A DNA stretch of 64,000 bases from Phycisphaerae bacterium. GTDB taxonomy: Bacteria > Planctomycetota > Phycisphaerae > UBA1845. The notes under the pieces are model-generated. The model did not search any database and was not told where the DNA came from. It saw only the letters and a program-made list of their open reading frames with translations. Position numbers and translations under genes: made by a program. This document shows positions 58,501-64,000 of this stretch, one piece after another; the stretch's first letter is position 1; each line of letters starts with the position of its first letter. The stretch spans positions 704,001 to 768,000 of the forward strand of contig CAXXGO010000001.1 of NCBI GenBank assembly GCA_963666835.2, written 5' to 3'.

Positions 58501-60012
58501 CAGCGTACCGTCGACGTAGTTGATGTGGCAGTAGTCTCGGTCGATGCACTCGCATTCCACGACCCGCCAAGATGCGGACGTCGGATCGGACGGGTCGTGC
58601 TTAATGACCTTCGGCAGGCAGACCTGCGTCACTTCGGGGCATTGGATCGGGAAGCACGCCGTACCTTCCAGATTGGGTTCGCAATCCGGCGGCAGATCCT
58701 CGCACGCATCTTCTATCCCGTTCATGTTCAAATCGCCCAGGCAATACGGCGAACCCCACGGAGAGGGGTACCCGCCCAGGTCGTCACAGCAAAGAGGATC
58801 CACCTCGACACAAGCACCGTCCGGCAGGCAGCACGCGATTGTCATATCAACACACGCGGTGTTGGGCCCTTGCGGTGCTCCGCCGAGATCGTCACAGCAC
58901 AGCGGGTCGAGTTCCATACAAGCGCCGTCGCCCAAGCAACAGGCCTCCGGCTGCGTGCAGACCGTTCCGGGGCCTTGCGAAACACCCCTGATGGCGGCGC
59001 AATCGTCCGGGAGCAGATCCAGGCACGTACCGTCATGAACGCAGCACGCCTCCGGCTCCGGCAGTGGCACACATACGCACTCATAGTACTCCGCATCGGG
59101 CAAGACCGTGACGGTCATCTCGCAGGTTTCATTGTTCGGACAATTTCCGGTGCAGTACGGTTCCGTAGTGTCGGAATACTCGATATGGCAGTCATTCTCG
59201 CTGAGGCAGTCGCACTCGATAACCAGCCATGGCGGACGTTTCGGTGGTAGGGTGTGGGCGACCTCGATGATCCGGAACCCGGATGGTTGATTCTCCACAT
59301 CCAGAAGATCAACGCCGTCCCAAGCCTCCGGAGTTGCGAACGTGCTGCCCAATGGTGGAAGCGCGTCCACGCCGATCGCCGACAGCGGAATACGATCGGC
59401 GGCCCTTAGCCCGACTACCCCGCTGTCAGGAAGATCGATGGTCACAAAGACATCGAAGAAGCTGTCCGCCGGGTAATCGCCGGCCGCGGACGGTAAACCC
59501 AGGACGCTCCCCAGGCTCGACTCGTTGGGGTCCAGGTGGATTATCGCCGGGTGCCCAATTGGGCCGGTCGCCCACAACTCCATCTCGACAATCTCAGTCT
59601 GAACCAGCCGAAAAACACCGCTGCTCTCCGGATCGCTGCGGTTCACCACGGTTACGTTCGGATCCTCACCGGTGATCGTGTAGGTTTCCACTTCACCGGC
59701 GAGATTCTGAATCAGAACATGCCCGGTCGTCCCCTCCAGAACGTCCTGGCCGCCCGGCGGGAAAGCGATGTCAGGCACAATGCGCTGAATCACTCTCGGC
59801 ACGCAGACCTGGGAAAGCTCCGGGCAGACAACATCGGTGCATCCGGACCCGTCGTCCAGCGGTTCGCAAACCGGATCCGCCGCTTGTTGCGCGCCGTTGA
59901 CGATCTGGTTAGTCCCCGCACTCAGTAACAATGGGGTACTGGCGGCCCACCCGACCGACGCAGACCCCACCCCCAACGCCATGATTAGCGCAACGCAAAA
60001 AACCCTCTTCAT
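55564..60012 (-). CDS. Large secreted Cys-rich protein with two SFFDVF domains, ACC..DGxC repeats, a KWAQPP domain and a C-terminal dockerin-like module
   Basis: GGAGG RBS, signal peptide, and GDASDDNRVLAIDAG / DINGDGRILAIDAG at the C-terminus. Confidence 0.85.
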   Translation of the reverse strand: MKRVFCVALIMALGVGSASVGWAASTPLLLSAGTNQIVNGAQQAADPVCEPLDDGSGCTDVVCPELSQVCVPRVIQRIVPDIAFPPGGQDVLEGTTGHVLIQNLAGEVETYTITGEDPNVTVVNRSDPESSGVFRLVQTEIVEMELWATGPIGHPAIIHLDPNESSLGSVLGLPSAAGDYPADSFFDVFVTIDLPDSGVVGLRAADRIPLSAIGVDALPPLGSTFATPEAWDGVDLLDVENQPSGFRIIEVAHTLPPKRPPWLVIECDCLSENDCHIEYSDTTEPYCTGNCPNNETCEMTVTVLPDAEYYECVCVPLPEPEACCVHDGTCLDLLPDDCAAIRGVSQGPGTVCTQPEACCLGDGACMELDPLCCDDLGGAPQGPNTACVDMTIACCLPDGACVEVDPLCCDDLGGYPSPWGSPYCLGDLNMNGIEDACEDLPPDCEPNLEGTACFPIQCPEVTQVCLPKVIKHDPSDPTSASWRVVECECIDRDYCHINYVDGTLPYCTGDCPPEEICEMTVSDVDDDGIDDLFECVCVPEPRPEACCLEDGTCLDLLPDDCIARRGIPQGLNTLCTQPEACCIDDGVCVEVDPLCCDELGGTRQGPNTACVDMTVACCLAEGECVEVDPLCCDDLGGIPSPWGSEHCLGDWNENGWDDACEDVPPDCEPNLDGTACFNIQCPDPMQICLPKVIRHDLPETEFPPAGEDVLSPTTGVVVIQSPTGGVAAFEITGEEPNLTVVRRSDPEDVGTHRVIDTEIVQMDLSALGPASQPAMIRLAPNERPSVGKVVGADLPGTDFPAESFFDVFVEIDLPDQGVSGLWNREPIPLLAGGLYAIPPLGSSFETPGDWNGVDLLDVENQPTGFRIIQVVHILPPPPSPWEIVECECIDRGYCHVEQALTIEPYCTGDCPNTAEICEMTVTVLPEAEYYECVCMAKEACCLDDGTCVQLTPQDCEDRGGTPQGPGTVCTRVEACCVEDGVCLDLDPLCCDDLGGVRQGPNTACVDYTIACCLPDGGCTEVDPLCCDDLGGVPSPWNAPYCLGDWNQNGVDDACEDLQLIQACCLRDGSCVELTHTDCVLRRGDPQGPGTTCDDRICHPLKWAQPPTFNPDSPSVCFWGWDEPSAYGKAVVADDWACMNDHPITDIHWWGSYVGWREDLPPQNAPIAFHIGIWTDEPASSTLPWSRPREMIWEWRVSRDVLNERAVGCDSVPGTPVDTCFRYDFLIPEDLWFRQGPACEIFWVSISAIQETDPGPYVWGWKTREHFFNDSAVVVQVPNAPQIGNTFEQGYPLGDPPTVRWDMAFVLTTKPAEWIRSNPKPNHSWWRSAHNIARLGFDLDITPPGAGQVMIQELLPGGAFGPDLSGAFSMTVEADSSGNPRTLRIWDNGSTLQHKKWYAVRNIGGWQNVLPFEIHYAVAVGDASDDNRVLAIDAGLVYTGVPTLNAADDERRDINGDGRILAIDAGVVYPNVPFLMGPKPSGH

Positions 60013-60215
60013 AACTAGACCTCCATCTCAGAGTTGCTCCGGCACGCCCCTGTGGCCAGGGAACATATACATGTTATTGGAATGGCCAGGCAAGATCAAT
60101 GGCGCAGGCAAGATTCAGGTACGTCCCATAGCCTGCGGGCTACAAGAAGGGTAGATAGATACTGGAAAACCGCCGTCAGGGCAGACCCGATGGAATACCC
60201 TGTTGCCTTAGCAAG

Positions 60216-61967
60216 TCAGGCGATTTCCGGCGGTGGTCCGGCCAGAGCTTCGAATTGCTCGAGTGCCGTGCGATCGCCCTGGCGGACGAGCTCGATATCA
60301 CGATGTACGGTGGGGATGCCAGTCTCGATGTAACGGCGGGTGACGAGTCGCTTGTGGTCATCGACTTTGGCCTGCCGCAACAGGAGGTGACCGATAAGAA
60401 CGGTCATGGCGGCGTCGACGAGCCGCCGCCCGAAGAGGTCCATATTATCGCCCCCGCGCTCCTTAACCGCGGCAACACCTTCAAGCACGAGTTTTCGGCC
60501 CTCTACGAGCATGTTCTGCAGTTTGCGTAGAGACTCGTCTGTGAACTCGTGCCGCTCCAGTTCCTCGACCCGTCTGGCAAACGCGCCACCGCACACGCCG
60601 CGCACGGCGGCGACGATCTGCAACTGACTGGTGCCCTCGTAGATTGACGTAATCCGAGCGTCGCGCAGGTGTCGCTCCGCGGGGTAATCCCTCATGTAGC
60701 CCGACCCGCCCAGCACTTGGATCGTGTCGTTGGCGATTCTGATGCTCGTCTCCGAGGCCAGGTACTTGCTCATCGGCGTCAACATGCCGGCAAGCCGCTT
60801 GAGGATCCGGGCGTCATTCTTTCGCCGCTTCAACTCGTCCTTGTCGGCCGGGGGGTTCGTCTCCAGCACGCGCAGGTTGTTATTTTCCAGGTCTACGATC
60901 CGGGCGGTTTCGTATACCAACGTGCGAGCGGCTTCCAAGGCGACCTTCATGCCGGTGACCATCTCGGCCACGGCTGGAAGCCGTTCGATGCGCACTCCGA
61001 ACTGCTGACGGGTGTGGGCGTAATTACGGGCGCAGCGGTAGGCGGCTTCGGCGATTCCCAAGGCCTGGGCTGCGACCCCGAGGCGGGCGCCGTTCATCAA
61101 GCTCATCGTATAGCGGATGAGCCCCAATTGGCGTTCGCCGACCAGTTTGGCCGGGACGTCGTCATACACCAGCTCGCACGTCGGCGACCCGTGGATTCCC
61201 AGTTTGTTTTCCAGTCGGCGAACGCGGAGACGCGGATCACGTTGGTGGACAAAGAGGCTCAGCCCGCGTCCGTCGCTGATTTCCGGCTCGCTTCGCGCCA
61301 GAGTCAGCAGGACATCTCCACAACCGTTTGTGATGAAACGCTTCACCCCGGTGAGACGCCACTGACCGTTATCGTCCTGCCACGCGCGCAGGCCGACCAC
61401 CTGCAAGTCACTGCCGGCATCCGGCTCGGTCAGAGCCATGGCTCCGGTGACTTCGCCCCGAGCGAACTTCGGCAAATACTCCTTCTTGGTCTCTTCATCC
61501 GCGAAGGCATTAATGGTCTCTCCGATTCCCTGAAGACCGAAGAGGTTCATCAACGAGGCATCCGCCCGGCTGACGATCTCGACCGCCATGGTGTAAACAA
61601 GCGAGGGGAAATTCAAACCTCCGTAGGCTCGCGGCAGGGTAAACGCCATTAAGTCCGCCTGCCCGAGTACGTTGAGATTCTCTTGCACGGCGGGGCTAAG
61701 TGTGACCGTGCCGTCCGGGTTCAACGTGTGGCCTTCTTGGTCCACCTGCTCGGCGCGGGGAGCTATACAATTGGCAGCGACGTCTCCGACGATGGCGAGG
61801 ACCCGACGGTAATTGTCGATGGCATCCGCGGCGTCGCGCGGGGCGTAGTCAGCCCCCGGTCCGTTCGTGCTCTGGAAACCGTCTTCCTGAACTGTTGCCA
61901 CCTCGCTGAGGTCGAAGTGGTCAAAAAGGAAGCGAATGTCGTCGTTGTCTTCGAAGAAGTTAGCCAT
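60216..61967 (-). CDS. Acyl-CoA dehydrogenase
   Basis: Motifs MALTEPDAGSD, GVKRFITNG, KLGIHGSPT, RQQFG and ITSIYEGTSQLQ. Confidence 0.93.
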   Translation of the reverse strand: MANFFEDNDDIRFLFDHFDLSEVATVQEDGFQSTNGPGADYAPRDAADAIDNYRRVLAIVGDVAANCIAPRAEQVDQEGHTLNPDGTVTLSPAVQENLNVLGQADLMAFTLPRAYGGLNFPSLVYTMAVEIVSRADASLMNLFGLQGIGETINAFADEETKKEYLPKFARGEVTGAMALTEPDAGSDLQVVGLRAWQDDNGQWRLTGVKRFITNGCGDVLLTLARSEPEISDGRGLSLFVHQRDPRLRVRRLENKLGIHGSPTCELVYDDVPAKLVGERQLGLIRYTMSLMNGARLGVAAQALGIAEAAYRCARNYAHTRQQFGVRIERLPAVAEMVTGMKVALEAARTLVYETARIVDLENNNLRVLETNPPADKDELKRRKNDARILKRLAGMLTPMSKYLASETSIRIANDTIQVLGGSGYMRDYPAERHLRDARITSIYEGTSQLQIVAAVRGVCGGAFARRVEELERHEFTDESLRKLQNMLVEGRKLVLEGVAAVKERGGDNMDLFGRRLVDAAMTVLIGHLLLRQAKVDDHKRLVTRRYIETGIPTVHRDIELVRQGDRTALEQFEALAGPPPEIA

Positions 61968-61972
61968 ACCCG

Positions 61973-63001
61973 TTATTCCCGTCCCTTGATGGCCTTTATC
62001 ATGGTCGGGATCACTTTGCGCAGATCTCCGACGATTCCGTAATGGGCAACAGAGAAAATCGGTGCGTTCGGGTCCGAGTTAATCGCGATGATCTTGGCGG
62101 ATTCCTCCATCCCTGCCCGATGCTGGACCGCTCCACTGATGCCGCATGCGATATACAACGCCGGACGGACCGTAGTCCCGGTCTGTCCCACTTGATGTTC
62201 CTTGCCGATGAGACCGCCGTCGACCGCGGCACGCGACGCGCCCACGGCCCCGCCTATGGCGCCGGCCAAGTCATGGATGTACTTGAAGTCGTCTTTGCTG
62301 CCGACTCCGCCGCCGCCGGCAACGATCGTTCGCGCCGCTTTGAGGTTGACCAAACGCTTTTCGCGGTGACGTTCGATCAACCGCACGGCCAACTCCAGGT
62401 CATCGAACTCCATCTGTTCTTCGATCACTTCCCCGCGGCGCTTTGGGTTGCCTTCGGCCAGGCGCATGACGCCTTCGCGCACCGTGGCCATCTGAGGCCA
62501 GCGATCGAAGTTGATGATTGTCGCGATGATATTGCCGCCGAACGCCGGACGGATCTGCAGGAGTAGATTCCGATGGGTTTCCTTCGTCTTGGGCTCGACA
62601 TAGTCGCCGATGTCCAGGCCCGTGCAATCCGCCGTCAGCCCGGCGCGCATTTCGGAAGCCACCCGCGGAGCCAAGTCCCGTCCGAGCGGTGTTGCTCCGA
62701 AAAGCACGATCTGCGGTCGGTGTTTGGTAACCAGCCGGCACATCACCCGCGCGTACGGCAAGGTGCGGTAATGCTCCAACTCGGGATGACCCACGTGATA
62801 GACCCGGTCGGTCCCCTGGGCGATGAGCTGGTCGGCGAGGTTGCGGGCGTTCGACCCGGCCAGCACGGCGCCGGTCGACACCCCCAACTGATCCGCGAGT
62901 TCTCTGGCCTTGCCACAGAGCTCCAGCGCCACGTCGTTGAGACTGCCGTCTTCCTGCTCGGCGAAGACCCAGACTTCGCCATCTCGATTCGGTTCGATCA
63001 T
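61973..63001 (-). CDS. etfA: Electron transfer flavoprotein alpha subunit
   Basis: Motifs GLTADCT, RPAFGG, QVGQTG and GISGAVQH. Confidence 0.93.
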   Translation of the reverse strand: MIEPNRDGEVWVFAEQEDGSLNDVALELCGKARELADQLGVSTGAVLAGSNARNLADQLIAQGTDRVYHVGHPELEHYRTLPYARVMCRLVTKHRPQIVLFGATPLGRDLAPRVASEMRAGLTADCTGLDIGDYVEPKTKETHRNLLLQIRPAFGGNIIATIINFDRWPQMATVREGVMRLAEGNPKRRGEVIEEQMEFDDLELAVRLIERHREKRLVNLKAARTIVAGGGGVGSKDDFKYIHDLAGAIGGAVGASRAAVDGGLIGKEHQVGQTGTTVRPALYIACGISGAVQHRAGMEESAKIIAINSDPNAPIFSVAHYGIVGDLRKVIPTMIKAIKGRE

Positions 63002-63082
63002 GGTCAAGCTTTCAGAGTTTTGCGTCCGGCGATCGGCCTGCTCTGTCGCGACTCAAGCCCCGGTCGGGCGGACGCCGGCGGA

Positions 63083-63997
63083 TTATCCCAGCGTATGGTC
63101 GACGATAAGCTCGTGAACCAGTCCCCGAATGCCTTCCTCGGTGGGAGGAACTTCCGTGTAGCCTTCTTTCGTCAGGACGATCGACTGAATGCGGTGGACC
63201 TTCGTCGGTGAGCCGGAAATTCCACACCATTGCAGATCCGCGTCGAGGTCGTCCAGATTCCACTGCTCGGTCAGCAAGCCCTTCATCCGAAGATGTTCGA
63301 GCCGCTTGCCTAACTCTACCTCGCGCTGCTCGGCGGCGGCGTCAGGCATGGCCGAAGCTACCTCGCGGCTGACCTCCGCCTCTACCCGGGCGCGTTTGTA
63401 GCGCATGACGCGCTTGGCACTCGGGGGGCGAGGTTCGTTAGCCGTGTCCAGCGCCGTCACCAACAGCGGCAGTTGGGCCTCCAGCACTTCCCAGCCGTTG
63501 CCGACGTTGCGGCGGATGCGCACGGTGCGGTCGGTCAAGTCGACCACCTCTTCGAAGTACGTTACCTGAGGTAAGCCGAGCTTCTCGGCCATTTGCGGGC
63601 CGACTTGGGCGGTATCGCCGTCGATGGCCTGCCGGCCACAGAATACGAAATCGTAGTCTCCGAGCTTCCGAACCGCTTGGCTGAGGATGTAGCTGGTCGC
63701 CAGCGTATCGCTGCCCGCCGCCCGCCGGTCGCTCACCAGAATCGCCCGATCCGCCCCGCGGTACAGGCACTCCCGCAAGACTTCTGACGCCCCCATGGGC
63801 CCCATCGTCACGGCCGTGACCTCTCCGCCGTACTGGTCCCGGACCCGCAGGGCAGCCTCCAAGGCGTGGAGATCCTCTGGGTTGAAAACCGCGGGAAGGG
63901 CCTCGCGATTCACCGTCCCATCCGCCTTCATCGCCTCTCCGGTGATGTTAGCGGTATCCGGTACCTGTTTGACACAAACGATACAGTGATAGCCCAA
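63083..63997 (-). CDS. etfB: Electron transfer flavoprotein beta subunit
   Basis: Motifs VCVKQVPD, NPED, GSDTLATS and GRQAIDGDTAQVGP; TTG start at the window edge. Confidence 0.92.
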   Translation of the reverse strand: MGYHCIVCVKQVPDTANITGEAMKADGTVNREALPAVFNPEDLHALEAALRVRDQYGGEVTAVTMGPMGASEVLRECLYRGADRAILVSDRRAAGSDTLATSYILSQAVRKLGDYDFVFCGRQAIDGDTAQVGPQMAEKLGLPQVTYFEEVVDLTDRTVRIRRNVGNGWEVLEAQLPLLVTALDTANEPRPPSAKRVMRYKRARVEAEVSREVASAMPDAAAEQREVELGKRLEHLRMKGLLTEQWNLDDLDADLQWCGISGSPTKVHRIQSIVLTKEGYTEVPPTEEGIRGLVHELIVDHTLG

Positions 63998-64000
63998 AAC

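Overview
This is a GC-rich bacterial window. The ECF sigma factor plus Ser/Thr kinase pair, the giant Cys/Asp-rich secreted proteins with dockerin-like ends and an IPTL-CTERM-like protein suggest a planctomycete, probably Phycisphaerae (inference). Housekeeping-type genes are a Zn/Mn ABC transporter with an RHH/Cys-rich regulator, a CoA-disulfide reductase-rhodanese, a GT2 + GT-C glycosyltransferase pair, three minor pilin-like genes, a VanZ-like membrane protein, a CDF exporter, trpF and an acyl-CoA dehydrogenase-etfA-etfB cluster. Five observations stand out. (1) Six large secreted proteins end in dockerin-like modules, and an uncharacterised cohesin-like domain is shared between an S8 protease and a tandemly duplicated pair of scaffold-like proteins; a catalytically dead trypsin-like protease is coupled to the S8 gene. 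Together these suggest an extracellular multiprotein complex. (2) A lipoprotein has a caspase/gingipain-like core lacking its catalytic Cys, with four acidic insertions each ending in DP(F/Y)xFGFK. (3) Two small hydrophobic peptide genes (28 and 40 aa), absent from the ORF track, each have their own sigma70-like promoter. (4) There is a dense multi-family REP landscape: about 20 GTAG-headed hairpins, composite units and an inverted element, plus a RAYT/HUH transposase pseudogene. (5) A ~2.95-kb tandem duplication has its junction in REPs and a highly divergent middle. No rRNA, tRNA, CRISPR array or intact transposase was seen. All product calls come from motif reading by eye, without database searches.
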